From positions 64,163 to 128,162 of the forward strand of contig JAUYID010000009.1 of assembly GCA_030704665.1 (NCBI GenBank): DNA of 64,000 nt, read 5' to 3'. Made by a program: the position numbers and the translations under genes. Of the stretch, positions 36,804 through 46,877 are shown in pieces. Each line of letters opens with the position of its first letter. Positions within the stretch are counted from its first letter, which is position 1. Source of the stretch: a bacterium. Its GTDB lineage: Bacteria > Patescibacteriota > Microgenomatia > Woykebacterales > RBG-16-39-9b. Below the pieces are notes generated by a model. The model searched no databases. It saw nothing but the letters and a program-made list of their open reading frames with translations, and had not been told where the DNA came from.

Positions 36804-38735
36804 CTAAAGAGGATAAGTCAGCAAAGCTTGCAGAGCGGGAAAATTGGTCGAGTACTCACTACTAGTGACCGTAGCAAATTCCACCACGATCGTGATATTG
36901 CCCCGATTTTGGTTCCATTGCTCCATAGTTCCGGTGATAGCGTAGCCAAAAGTCTCAACCCCACCACTACCAGTCCCATAACCAGTCTTGCTCGAGTACC
37001 AGTTGCGGAAGGAAGAAGAAATGCCATCTCCGACCACCACGGAAGCAGCGGAGTGATAGGAAATTGTCCGTACCGGGTCTTCAGAGAGAATTAAATCACG
37101 TAGGGCTCTGCTTTCCGGCTCGGAAAAAGGAGCCGAGCCACCACCGTGCGGGTAGGACTTGTCTTTCCAATAAGTTTGAGCTTGCCAGTCGGCATTCCAG
37201 TTGCGGTTTAAATCCACACCCCGAGCGTTAAAACGACTGTTGGCAGAGACCCCATCGGGATTAGCAAAGGGAACGACAATAAAAGTCCGGTCAGAGGGGA
37301 TCTGGTTTTGATGGTAACGCAAATAGTTGGTCCAGAGTGAGAGCATCGTACCTGTGTTGTCCTCGGTTCCATGCATACTACCGATAAGCAATATTTTTTT
37401 GCTTCCGAAGCCAAAGAAAGTTGCGTTGATGGCTCTACCTTGGACTGAATAGCCGATGGTTTTTGTTCTTTCACCAGTGGTGGTGAAGCTAGAAGAAAAG
37501 CTTTGAGTGCTGTTCTCTCCACCGACACTTTTAATTCCCTTGGTGATGACAACCTTGTAACTACTGAAAAGTTTCAAATTAGTACTGGGATGGAAGGAGA
37601 GGGTGTTTTTGTACCAGGAGAAAGAACCACTTGTCGCCGGACTCAGCGAGAAATGGTTCTGGGCTGACGAATGATCAACCTCTTGATCAAAAGTAACTGA
37701 AATCGAAGAGCCACGGCTGACACCTGACCCCGTTGGCGAAAAACCGATTGCTTTGGCTGGACCGGCGGTATGAAATTTAAAATTAAAATCAGAATCCAAA
37801 TAAGCCCCGTCGTCGGCTTTGAGATCCTCATTTAAAGTTATCGAGTAATTTGTGTTAGTTTTGAGATTTGCTTGCGGGTTGAAAACTACGGTTTTGGAAT
37901 TTTTTAGACTGAACTGACCTGAGGTTGGGGGAGAGATTTTCCAAAGCCTTTCAAAATCTTTAAGAGCTAGGGACTTGTTAAATGCAAAACTAAGATTGCT
38001 TTGTTTGGGTACTATTTTAGAGTTGTTTTTTGGATCAGTCGAAGTAATTTCTAAGGAAGGTAAAGTCGTGAAATCCTGAAAAGAAATTAGCTCCAAGCTA
38101 CCAGGGCTCGTTTTGAGGAAAAGGCTTGTATGATAGGTGGTTCCTTGTTGGAGTTTAGTTTTGGGAGAAACGACCAGAGTCTTGCCCACCCAAGCTTTCT
38201 CAAAGTCAAACTCAGGTTTGGTCAGAAGAATAAAGTCTCCCTTGGTGATTTTTTTGTCCATTGAAAAGCGGAGGACAGCTTTGCTAGAAACCTCTTTAGA
38301 ATTTTTTCCTGGGTAGGCACTCTCCACTTTTGGTAAAGAGCCCGTTCGGAAGCTTTGAGAAAAGTTTCTTTTTAGGCCCAACCAACGGATTTTCAGAGAG
38401 ACGCTGTAGAGAGTGTTGGCCTTGAGTAAATTGTCCGGAACAATGACCAGTTGTTTTTGGATCGGATTCAAACCGTGCAGCCATTTGCTTTTGAAGAGAG
38501 TTTTCGGGGTGATCTCAATCTCGAAATTTTCTTCATCAATAGAGCCGAGGAAAGAAAAGGTAATTTTCCCATCAATTGCTTTGTCGGCTTTCTCAGCTGA
38601 GGCCAGAACTTGGGGAGGAATCAAGTAAAACAACTCAAAGATTAGTAAAAAACCGAGAGTGGAAAAGCTTAAAAAAGAAAAAACCAGGAAGCGCTGTTTT
38701 TTGCTGGCAACGTAAACAAGCAATTTTTGGTACAT
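36804..38735 (-). CDS. Ig-like (Big_5) repeats plus M14 zinc carboxypeptidase
   Basis: HGTE, NPDG, RFNARGVDLNRNW, FSEPESRAL and SYHS motifs. Confidence 0.85.
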   Translation of the reverse strand: MYQKLLVYVASKKQRFLVFSFLSFSTLGFLLIFELFYLIPPQVLASAEKADKAIDGKITFSFLGSIDEENFEIEITPKTLFKSKWLHGLNPIQKQLVIVPDNLLKANTLYSVSLKIRWLGLKRNFSQSFRTGSLPKVESAYPGKNSKEVSSKAVLRFSMDKKITKGDFILLTKPEFDFEKAWVGKTLVVSPKTKLQQGTTYHTSLFLKTSPGSLELISFQDFTTLPSLEITSTDPKNNSKIVPKQSNLSFAFNKSLALKDFERLWKISPPTSGQFSLKNSKTVVFNPQANLKTNTNYSITLNEDLKADDGAYLDSDFNFKFHTAGPAKAIGFSPTGSGVSRGSSISVTFDQEVDHSSAQNHFSLSPATSGSFSWYKNTLSFHPSTNLKLFSSYKVVITKGIKSVGGENSTQSFSSSFTTTGERTKTIGYSVQGRAINATFFGFGSKKILLIGSMHGTEDNTGTMLSLWTNYLRYHQNQIPSDRTFIVVPFANPDGVSANSRFNARGVDLNRNWNADWQAQTYWKDKSYPHGGGSAPFSEPESRALRDLILSEDPVRTISYHSAASVVVGDGISSSFRNWYSSKTGYGTGSGGVETFGYAITGTMEQWNQNRGNITIVVEFATVTSSEYSTNFPALQALLTYPL

Positions 38736-38804
38736 GGGGCGGTAAATGAATTTTACCCCGCAGCTACAAACTCTGTCTAGTTTGGAGTATACTTTTTTGA
38801 CACC

Positions 38805-39728
38805 ATGCAGCTGAAGCGTTTTGCTGACAACCCAATCCTTTCCCCAAGCAAAAAATGGTGGGAGTTCAAGGCCGTTTTCAATCCAGGGGTGGCCCTCTAT
38901 AATGACAAAATTACCTTGCTTTACCGGGCAATCGGGGGAGATGGTTTGTCGCGTTTTGGTTTAGCAACTAGCCAGGACGGCATTAGTTTCGAAAGGGCCG
39001 CTGAGCCAGTTTTTGAGGGTGGTATCGACAGCCCTTACGAAAGATTGGGGGTGGAAGATCCAAGGATAGTTAAAATCGAGAACACCTACTACATTACTTA
39101 CAACGCTGCCTCAGTTTATCCAGCTTCTGAATTCAAAAAAGTAAGTCTTGCCCCTTCTCTTTACCATCCAGCTCCTTGGCGATTTCGACCAAGTTTAATT
39201 ACCACCAAAGACTTTCGAGATTTTGAGCATCAGGGGATCCTGCTTTCTGAAGACAGCAAGGACGCAACTCTTTTTCCAGAAAAAATTGCGGGTAAATTCG
39301 CCCTTTTACATCGGGTTTATCCTAATATCTACCTTTCTTTTTCAGAGGATCTGAAAAATTGGAGTGAGAAGAAAGTTTTGCTTACTCCACACAAAGCCTC
39401 TTGGGACAGCGAAAGAGTTGGCGCTGGTTCTCAACCGATCAAAACAGAGAAGGGTTGGGTCATTTTTTATCATGGTGTTTCAGAAAAACACCAGTATCGG
39501 ATGGGTTTACTTGTTCTTGATCTTGCCGATCCGGGCAAGATAATCTTTCGTTCTTCAGAACCAATTCTTCTTCCAGAAGAGAGCTACGAAAGATCTGGTT
39601 TGACAGCCGAGGTAGTTTTTACTTGTGGGGCCCTTGAAGTTGGGGAGGAGTTTTTTGTTTACTACGGGGCAGCGGACAAATGTATTGGTTTAGCAACCAT
39701 AACGAAAAAGCAGCTCCTCAGCTTTTAA
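38805..39728 (+). CDS. GH130-like glycosidase/phosphorylase
   Basis: AVFNPG, LLYRA, GVEDPRI and YYGAAD motifs. Confidence 0.88.
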   Translation: MQLKRFADNPILSPSKKWWEFKAVFNPGVALYNDKITLLYRAIGGDGLSRFGLATSQDGISFERAAEPVFEGGIDSPYERLGVEDPRIVKIENTYYITYNAASVYPASEFKKVSLAPSLYHPAPWRFRPSLITTKDFRDFEHQGILLSEDSKDATLFPEKIAGKFALLHRVYPNIYLSFSEDLKNWSEKKVLLTPHKASWDSERVGAGSQPIKTEKGWVIFYHGVSEKHQYRMGLLVLDLADPGKIIFRSSEPILLPEESYERSGLTAEVVFTCGALEVGEEFFVYYGAADKCIGLATITKKQLLSF

Positions 39729-39776
39729 TTTAGCGTGATTGAGTTAAAACCCACTTTTTGTTAATCTTTCTCCGAG

Positions 39777-40625
39777 ATGAGTTTTTTCCAGCGCTTTCAA
39801 CGCCAATTTTATCTTGCTTTTTCACTATTCTTGCTAGTTTTAGTTGCAACGAGTCTTTTTGCCACTTACCAAAGCTTCCTGCAGAGTTCAGAAAGGCAGC
39901 TTTTGCTTCAAGGGGGAAGCAAAGTAGTTCCTTTGGGTGTAGAGGAACAACTGATCCGCAACGCTACTTTCAGTGCAGTTGCCAAAGTGAATGAAAAAGT
40001 TGTGACCGGAAAGGCCCTAGCCGCCTCAGCTGCAGTGACTAGTTTTGTGACGCAAAAGGGAAATGAGCTGCTCGTTTTGGTCAACAAAAGTATTAGTTTG
40101 CCGAGTACCTATGTTCCTGGGGATTTAGTTTTGTTAAACCCAAGTCTACAAACTAGTGGCAAAGCCCGACTGCGGAACCAGGCCGCAAAGCAGCTGGCTA
40201 AAATGTTTGCCGCAGCGAAAACAGCCGAGCACAGTCTAGTGGTTACCTCAGCTTTTCGCAGTTACTCTGAGCAAGTCTCGACTTTCAACTATTGGGTCGC
40301 CTACGCTGGTTTGGAGGCGGCCAAATCTTTTTCGGCCCGGGCCGGACACTCGCAGCATCAATTGGGAACCGCAGCTGATATCTCTGCAGCTAGTGTTGGT
40401 TATAAACTGACTCAAAGTTTCGGTTCAACGACTGAGGGGAAGTGGCTCGCCAAAAACGCCTATCTTTTTGGTTTCGTTTTGAGTTACCCAAAGGGTAAGG
40501 AGAAGATTACCGGTTATTCCTACGAGCCTTGGCACTTCCGCTATATTGGGCTCAGTAGCGCAAAAAAAATGCGTGATTTGGGGCTTGACCTGGAGACTTT
40601 TCTGAAAAGCTATGGAGTTTGGTAG
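39777..40625 (+). CDS. M15B D,D-carboxypeptidase (VanY-like)
   Basis: SAFRSY, SARAGHSQHQLGTAAD and YEPWHFRYIG motifs. Confidence 0.9.
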   Translation: MSFFQRFQRQFYLAFSLFLLVLVATSLFATYQSFLQSSERQLLLQGGSKVVPLGVEEQLIRNATFSAVAKVNEKVVTGKALAASAAVTSFVTQKGNELLVLVNKSISLPSTYVPGDLVLLNPSLQTSGKARLRNQAAKQLAKMFAAAKTAEHSLVVTSAFRSYSEQVSTFNYWVAYAGLEAAKSFSARAGHSQHQLGTAADISAASVGYKLTQSFGSTTEGKWLAKNAYLFGFVLSYPKGKEKITGYSYEPWHFRYIGLSSAKKMRDLGLDLETFLKSYGVW

Positions 40626-40855
40626 GAGGAAGCAAGTTTATCGCGTTAGAAAAATCTGCTAAACTGATTTGGTTAAGGATGAATTTATATCGATCAAAAG
40701 GGTTGTTTCTGTGAAACTTAAGTTGACTGGTTTGAAATAATGAAAATATCGATCAAGAAGTTGTCTTTGAAAGACTATGAATTTTTATTACGATCGAAGA
40801 CGCTTGCGGCGCAGAGCGCGAGGCGATCTATACTTCCATTTTCGCTAAAGCTCAA

Positions 40856-41065
40856 ATGAAAATTAAAATAGACAGAAATCTCTGTATCGGTGCTGGTTCT
40901 TGTAGCGTTATCGCACCCAATACCTTTGAACTTGATGACGAACTCAAGGCAGTCGTCAAAAACCCAGAGGGAGATCCTCGCGATACGATCATTGACGCAG
41001 CCAAATCCTGTCCTGTACTTGCTATTCTTCTGGAAGAAGACGATGGGACTCAGATTTACCCATAA
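40856..41065 (+). CDS. Ferredoxin (3Fe-4S/4Fe-4S mono-cluster type)
   Basis: CIGAGSC...CPVLAI. Confidence 0.9.
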   Translation: MKIKIDRNLCIGAGSCSVIAPNTFELDDELKAVVKNPEGDPRDTIIDAAKSCPVLAILLEEDDGTQIYP

Positions 41066-41236
41066 TTCTTTTGCGACCTTTTTGAAAAGGTAGCGCCAAA
41101 ACTTTCGCTAAACTTCGCTAGCTGTTAAACTATGCAAAAAAGCTCGGGAATCCTCGGAAATTCTCTTCGGTCAGTTTCCATTCCCTCTTCGCTTTTTAGC
41201 AAGTTTAAAGACGCTAGCTACGTAATAGCGATTAAT

Positions 41237-41863
41237 ATGAAAAAACTAGAAAAATACACTTCCATGCGCGATCCAGGGAAAACCCCGGAACCTTTTACTA
41301 GCAAAGATATTGATCCAGAAAAGCTAGTTTACGTGGTTCAGAAACATTCAGCTACAGCTCTCCACTACGATTTTCGCCTGGAAATGGGTGGTGTCATGCC
41401 TTCCTGGGCGATTCCCAAAGGTCCTAGTCTCGACAACAGTGTGAAAAGATTAGCCATGCAAACTGAAGACCACCCCCTGGATTACCGACACTTTGAAGGG
41501 GTAATTCCGGCTGGTGAGTATGGTGCTGGACCAGTCATTATTTGGGACGAGGGTTGGTACTTACCTGAGACTGAAATTTCGCCTGGGATCAGGAAAGAAA
41601 TTCGGGATAAAAAAGAAGGGGAGAAAGCCATGCTTGCAGGACTGGAAAAAGGAGAAATAAAATTTTTTCTTTATGGAAAAAAACTAAAGGGCAGTTTTAC
41701 CTTGGTCAAAACTAAGGGCTTCCCACCGGGCAAAGCAGGGAAAAATGCTTGGCTTTTGATCAAGCACAAAGATCACTTTGTGGTTGAAGGCTATGATGCA
41801 GCTGAGTTTAAAGAATCAGCTCTTTCCGGAAAAACTCTTGAGGAAATAAAAGAGAAGGGTTAA
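41237..41863 (+). CDS. Stand-alone LigD 3'-phosphoesterase domain protein
   Basis: VVQKHSATALHYDFRLE, SWAIPKGPS and TEDHPLDY motifs. Confidence 0.9.
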   Translation: MKKLEKYTSMRDPGKTPEPFTSKDIDPEKLVYVVQKHSATALHYDFRLEMGGVMPSWAIPKGPSLDNSVKRLAMQTEDHPLDYRHFEGVIPAGEYGAGPVIIWDEGWYLPETEISPGIRKEIRDKKEGEKAMLAGLEKGEIKFFLYGKKLKGSFTLVKTKGFPPGKAGKNAWLLIKHKDHFVVEGYDAAEFKESALSGKTLEEIKEKG

Positions 41864-41958
41864 TTTAAGACCCCTCATCCTGAACTTATTTCAGCTCCGA
41901 AGACAGAGTCGTAATCGTCTTGTACTGATCCTGCTTTTGTGTTAAGTTTCCTTCTCAC

Positions 41959-42693
41959 ATGCTTGAGATCAAAGATTTACACGTTTCAACTCAAAAGAAA
42001 GAAATTCTGCGCGGAATTAGCCTAAAAATAAAACCAGGCGAAATCCACGCCCTGATGGGGCCAAACGGTTCGGGAAAATCCTCTCTTTCTATGGCTCTGA
42101 TGGGGCATCCTCAATATCAAATTACCAAAGGTGAGGTTATTCTCGATGGACAAGACATAAGCGCTCTGAGCGTTGACAAAAGAGCCAAAGCAGGCTTGTT
42201 TCTAGCCATGCAATATCCAGTTGCGGTCGCCGGGGTTTCGATCAACAATTTCATGCGTTCAGCCTACAAAAATCTCAAAGATCCGGGGGTTAAAGCTCTT
42301 GAGATTCAAAATAAAGTCAAAAACGAACTGAACCAGCTTAAACTAGACGAGAAGTTTATCAGCCGAGCCGTGAACGAAGGCTTTTCCGGAGGAGAGAAGA
42401 AGAAGTTGGAAACTCTGCAACTAACAATTCTGGAACCAAAATATGCAATTCTTGATGAGACGGATTCAGGACTTGATGTAGACGCTCTCAAGATTGTTTC
42501 CAAAGGAGTGATGAAGGCAAAAGAAAAAGACCAAAAACTAGGGATCCTATTAATTACTCATTATCAAAGAATATTACGGTACATTCAGCCAGATTTTGTT
42601 CACATTTTAGTGGATGGAAAGATCGTCAAAAGTGGGGATAAAGACCTAGCATTAGAAATAGAAGAGAAAGGTTATCAGGAGGTGTCATCCTGA
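41959..42693 (+). CDS. sufC: Fe-S assembly ATPase
   Basis: GPNGSGKS, NEGFSGGEKK and LDETDSGLD motifs. Confidence 0.95.
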   Translation: MLEIKDLHVSTQKKEILRGISLKIKPGEIHALMGPNGSGKSSLSMALMGHPQYQITKGEVILDGQDISALSVDKRAKAGLFLAMQYPVAVAGVSINNFMRSAYKNLKDPGVKALEIQNKVKNELNQLKLDEKFISRAVNEGFSGGEKKKLETLQLTILEPKYAILDETDSGLDVDALKIVSKGVMKAKEKDQKLGILLITHYQRILRYIQPDFVHILVDGKIVKSGDKDLALEIEEKGYQEVSS

Positions 42694-42741
42694 GCGACTA
42701 GCGAAGGATCTCTGAGATTCTTCACTTCGTTCAGAATGACA
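42683..42741. repeat. REP-like palindromic element overlapping the sufC stop
   Basis: TGTCATCCTGAGCGA...GAAGGATCT...AGATTCTTC...TCGTTCAGAATGACA. Confidence 0.8.
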
Positions 42742-42749
42742 GAACTAAA

Positions 42750-44162
42750 ATGCCAAAAGTAGTCGCCGAAGTTGCCGTCAATGAAAGTTACCGAGAAAAG
42801 TACGGTTTCTCGAAGCCCGAGAATTATTTTTTCAAGAGTAGAAAAGGTTTGGATGAACAAATTGTCCAGGAGATTTCCCACCATAAATCTGAGCCTGAAT
42901 GGATGCTCAAATTTAGACTAAGAGCCCACGAAATTTTTAAACAAAAAAAGCAACCTCTGTGGGGTGCTGACCTTTCTACCATTAACTACGATGATATTTA
43001 CTACTACATTCGCCCAACTGAAAAGAAGAGTTTAACCTGGGAAGGTTTGCCCAAGGAGATTAAAGAGACTTATGATGCGATTGGCATTCCTGAGGCGGAA
43101 AAGAAATATCTCGCCGGGGTTGGGGCTCAGTACGAGAGTGAGGTCATTTACCACTCAATCAAAAAAGAATGGGAGAAAAAGGGAGTCATCTTTGAATCAA
43201 CTGATACTGCTCTCCAAAAATACCCCGAGCTTTTTCAAGAGTACTTTGGCCGGGCGATTCCAGCGGCGGACAACAAACTTGCAGCCTTAAACAGCGCGGT
43301 CTGGTCAGGAGGAAGCTTTATTTACGTACCTAAGAATGTAAAGATCGATATCCCCTTGCAGGCCTATTTCCGCATTAACGCCGCCAACATGGGCCAGTTT
43401 GAGCGCACGCTGATCATTGTTGACGAGGGAGCGCAAGTTCACTACGTCGAAGGCTGCACTGCTCCGGTCTATTCAACTGATTCTCTGCACGCGGCGGTCG
43501 TTGAAATTTTTGTCAAAAAAGGCGCTCGTTGTCGCTACACCACGATTCAGAATTGGAGTAACAATGTTTACAATCTAGTGACTAAAAGAGCCATGGTGGA
43601 GGAAGATGCGACCATGGAGTGGGTGGATGGCAACCTAGGTTCGAAGATTACGATGAAGTACCCCTCAGTCTACTTACGCGGTCGGGGGGCAAGAGGAGAG
43701 GTGCTTTCTATCGCTTTTGCCGGAGCCGGTCAGCACCAAGACGCGGGTGGTAAAGCCTATCACCTCGCCCCGGATACAAGCAGCTCAATTGTCTCGAAAT
43801 CAATTTCTAAAGATGGTGGTCGAACCAGTTATCGCGGCATGCTGAAAGTGATTAAGGGTGCTGAACGTGTCAAAGCCAATGTCCGTTGTGATGCACTTAT
43901 ATTAGATGAATTAAGTAGGTCTGATACTTACCCGACGATGCAGATTGATGAGGAAGATGTTTCCATCGCTCATGAAGCCACAGTTTCAAAAATCGGTGAA
44001 GATCAACTTTTTTATTTAATGTCACGTGGTTTAAACGAAAACGATGCGACCAGCATGATCGTCAACGGCTTCATCGAACCAATCGTCAAAGAACTCCCAC
44101 TCGAATATGCGCTTGAGTTAAATAGACTAATACAATTAGAGATGGTGGGAGCTGTAGGATAA
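42750..44162 (+). CDS. sufB: Fe-S assembly scaffold
   Basis: [17 protein letters not shown] and HEATVSKI motifs. Confidence 0.96.
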   Translation: MPKVVAEVAVNESYREKYGFSKPENYFFKSRKGLDEQIVQEISHHKSEPEWMLKFRLRAHEIFKQKKQPLWGADLSTINYDDIYYYIRPTEKKSLTWEGLPKEIKETYDAIGIPEAEKKYLAGVGAQYESEVIYHSIKKEWEKKGVIFESTDTALQKYPELFQEYFGRAIPAADNKLAALNSAVWSGGSFIYVPKNVKIDIPLQAYFRINAANMGQFERTLIIVDEGAQVHYVEGCTAPVYSTDSLHAAVVEIFVKKGARCRYTTIQNWSNNVYNLVTKRAMVEEDATMEWVDGNLGSKITMKYPSVYLRGRGARGEVLSIAFAGAGQHQDAGGKAYHLAPDTSSSIVSKSISKDGGRTSYRGMLKVIKGAERVKANVRCDALILDELSRSDTYPTMQIDEEDVSIAHEATVSKIGEDQLFYLMSRGLNENDATSMIVNGFIEPIVKELPLEYALELNRLIQLEMVGAVG

Positions 44163-44198
44163 TTGACAGATCGGATTTTTTTGTTGCACAATATATTT

Positions 44199-44468
44199 AT
44201 GAAGAGATTAAAGATCTATCTTTTGTTTTTAGTGATTGCTTTGGTGATAACGTTCCTGACTAGTTTTTACAAGTATCAATTACCGGCTACAAGCGTCTTC
44301 AGTGGAAGTAATGGCAGCAACATCGACATTTTAGTAGCTGGATTTCCACTACATTTCCTTTCTTACACGAAAGAGATTTTTCTAGGGAATTTGGTAATCG
44401 ACATTTTCTTTTGGTTTTCGCTTGTAACCATGGCTGCAAAGGCCTGGGATCTATCCAAAGAGAAATAA
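44199..44468 (+). CDS. Hypothetical membrane protein inserted in the suf operon
   Basis: Two TM segments with a GFP motif. Confidence 0.5.
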   Translation: MKRLKIYLLFLVIALVITFLTSFYKYQLPATSVFSGSNGSNIDILVAGFPLHFLSYTKEIFLGNLVIDIFFWFSLVTMAAKAWDLSKEK

Positions 44469-44518
44469 ATCACTCAAACTTCTTCCCAAGAATTCAAAAG
44501 TAAAGTAGAATAGCCTTC

Positions 44519-45097
44519 ATGAATGCGATTAATCTAATTCTGCAAGAAGGCCAGGAAAAAGTTTTACCTTTGGTTTTTATGACGGGTTCTGAAGAAATTG
44601 AAGTGAACGCGCAGCTCGTTGGTCGGGGAGCGAGACTGGATGTGATTGGTGCCTTTTTTCTCACCAATTCTGACGAAGTTAAAGCTACGATCAACATTAC
44701 CCATGCTGCGCCCGACACCTATTCCAACACGTTAATTAAATCCGTTCTAAACGAAAAGGCGCAGGGCGGTTTCTATGGTTTGGTGAAGATAAAACGCGGA
44801 GCAAAAAATACCGATACCTATTTTCGTGAGGACGCCTTACTACTTTCCAAAAACGCGAAAGCGGAAGCAATTCCTTCTCTAGAGATTGATGAGAACGAGG
44901 TCAAGGCGGGCCACGCCTCGACCGTCGGTCCAGTTGACCCAGAAAGTATTTTTTACCTACAGAGCCGGGGGATCCCGGCGGATCAGGCCAAGAGACTGCT
45001 CGTCCAAGGCTATCTCGGCGCAGTTGCGGACAAACTACCTGAGAAAGAAAAAGCCCAACTTTTCACTTTTCTCGAAAAAGAGTTTAGAATTAGTTAA
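44519..45097 (+). CDS. sufD: SufD-like protein (short, C-terminal domain only)
   Basis: AIPSLEIDENEVKAGHASTVG...FYLQSRGI. Confidence 0.85.
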   Translation: MNAINLILQEGQEKVLPLVFMTGSEEIEVNAQLVGRGARLDVIGAFFLTNSDEVKATINITHAAPDTYSNTLIKSVLNEKAQGGFYGLVKIKRGAKNTDTYFREDALLLSKNAKAEAIPSLEIDENEVKAGHASTVGPVDPESIFYLQSRGIPADQAKRLLVQGYLGAVADKLPEKEKAQLFTFLEKEFRIS

Positions 45098-45101
45098 AGC
45101 T

Positions 45102-45182
45102 TGTCATCCTGAGGCAAAGCCGAAGGATCTCCTTTGCTAAACCTGGGAGAAGCAGATTCTTCGCTGATCGCTCAGAATGACA
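45102..45182. repeat. REP-like palindromic element, second copy
   Basis: TGTCATCCTGAG...GAAGGATCT...AGATTCTTCG...CTCAGAATGACA. Confidence 0.8.
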
Positions 45183-45195
45183 TTAGGGGAATTAA

Positions 45196-45507
45196 ATGTC
45201 TGAATTTCAAAAAGTCGCAAAACTAGATGATGTGCACGATGGTCAAATTACCTTGGCCAAGATCGGCAAGGAACAGATAGCCCTTTATCGTTTGGGCAAC
45301 GAAGTCTTGGCGACGACCAATATTTGCACCCACGAATACTGTGAGCTTGATCAAAACCACAATATTGAAGGTGAAGAGGTAGAGTGCACTTGTCACGGCA
45401 GTAAGTTCAAAATTCGCACCGGGGAAAACACTTCACCACCCGCTGCCGAGCCATTACCTATTTTTAAAACTAAAGTTGAGAACGGGGAGGTCTTTGTTGA
45501 AATATGA
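45196..45507 (+). CDS. Rieske (2Fe-2S) ferredoxin
   Basis: CTHE and CTCHGSKF motifs. Confidence 0.92.
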   Translation: MSEFQKVAKLDDVHDGQITLAKIGKEQIALYRLGNEVLATTNICTHEYCELDQNHNIEGEEVECTCHGSKFKIRTGENTSPPAAEPLPIFKTKVENGEVFVEI

Positions 45508-45647
45508 GTAAGATTGTCGGTTTTGCAGGGTCGTTAAGAGAAAAGTCCTACAATAAAATTTTTGAAACTTCAGACCACTGTCTTCAGGTTCAAAAATCTT
45601 GCGCTTTAGCTATAGATCCCTATAGACTAAAGCTTAAAATGGCTTAG
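45504..45647 (+). pseudogene. 5' fragment of an NADPH-dependent FMN reductase
   Basis: MSKIVGFAGSLREKSYNK mirrors the next gene's MKIIGFAGSLRSASYNK and then degenerates. Confidence 0.7.
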
Positions 45648-45649
45648 TT

Positions 45650-46201
45650 ATGAAAATAATCGGATTTGCCGGGAGTCTACGCTCCGCTTCTTACAATAAA
45701 ATGGCACTTAAACTTGTTCTGGAAAAGGCGGAAGAAGACGGAGCTGAGACCGAGTTTATTGATCTGAAGCCGCTTAACATTCCTCTTTATGATGGTGATT
45801 TGGAAAAGGAAATTCAACTTCCTGACGGAATCAAATTGCTGCGAGAGAAAATCGAAGCTGCGGACGGGTTGATTATCGCAACTCCGGAGTACAATCACTC
45901 TCTTCCTGGTGTGCTTAAGAATACCCTTGATTGGATCTCCCGAACAAAATATTTTCCTGATATTTTAACTGGAAAAAAGGTCGCCCTCTTTGGGGCTTCC
46001 GATGGGAACTTTGCCACCGTGAGAGCGCAAATTGCCTTTTTTCCAATTGCCAATACCCTTGGCCTCAACTTGATGCCCTCAAAAACTTATGTGGGCAACG
46101 TTGAAGAAGTTTTTGATGAAAACGGAAAGTGTCTTGATGCAAAAGTGGAAGAAAGACTCGCCAAATTCGCGCAAAACTTCGTCAAATTTATCCAAAATTA
46201 A
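45650..46201 (+). CDS. NADPH-dependent FMN reductase
   Basis: GSLRSASYN and TPEYNHSLPGVLKNTLDWISR motifs. Confidence 0.92.
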   Translation: MKIIGFAGSLRSASYNKMALKLVLEKAEEDGAETEFIDLKPLNIPLYDGDLEKEIQLPDGIKLLREKIEAADGLIIATPEYNHSLPGVLKNTLDWISRTKYFPDILTGKKVALFGASDGNFATVRAQIAFFPIANTLGLNLMPSKTYVGNVEEVFDENGKCLDAKVEERLAKFAQNFVKFIQN

Positions 46202-46378
46202 TCAAGCAAAGGTCTCATAGTCATTGACTTTTGAGGCTAAGTTTGCTATAATGTTTCACATTAATTCTCCAAGCAGGCAAAGGCCCTGATTTCCTTACTT
46301 TTCCACACCTGAAGTTAATTAGATTGAATTCAGCTGTGGGGAAACAAGGAAGTCGAGTGCAACCTCAAGGAGGAGATC

Positions 46379-46774
46379 TTGAAGACCATCGTTATCGCCG
46401 CGCTCGCTTTGTTCGCGTTTCTTGGGTTTCTGGGCTACTCGTGGCTCCAGGGTTCCAAGGTCGAAAAGAGCGTGCCCGCAGAGGTGGCTGTCCAGCGCTT
46501 CTACGAGCACCAGGCGAAGTACCGTGCCAGACAGGAAGGGCCGGAGGCCTATCTAGACTATGGAGCGCGGCTAGCCTCAGCTTTGAAGGACGGCCAGCTC
46601 GCTAGCCTCAGCCAGACGGACAAAGACAAGCTTGACGCTGAGCTCTGGAAGATGCTCAACGATCTGGCCAGCGACACACTCAGCGAGACCCAGTGGTTGG
46701 TGTACCGCAGTGTACAAGACAACCTGCAAAGTTACTATGACACCCATCCTCGGGGGTCGGCCTCATCGAGATAA
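46379..46774 (+). CDS. GC-rich hypothetical secreted protein
   Basis: SD AAGGAGGAG before TTG; signal-like N-terminus; own promoter at ~46224. Confidence 0.6.
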   Translation: MKTIVIAALALFAFLGFLGYSWLQGSKVEKSVPAEVAVQRFYEHQAKYRARQEGPEAYLDYGARLASALKDGQLASLSQTDKDKLDAELWKMLNDLASDTLSETQWLVYRSVQDNLQSYYDTHPRGSASSR

Positions 46775-46877
46775 CAGTGAAAGTGATGGTTGAGCGCTTC
46801 GTGGACCCACCCCAGCCACGAAGCGCCACACCTCTAAAACTTGTGAAAGTCTCTTTCAGAGAGTAGAATAGCCACGC

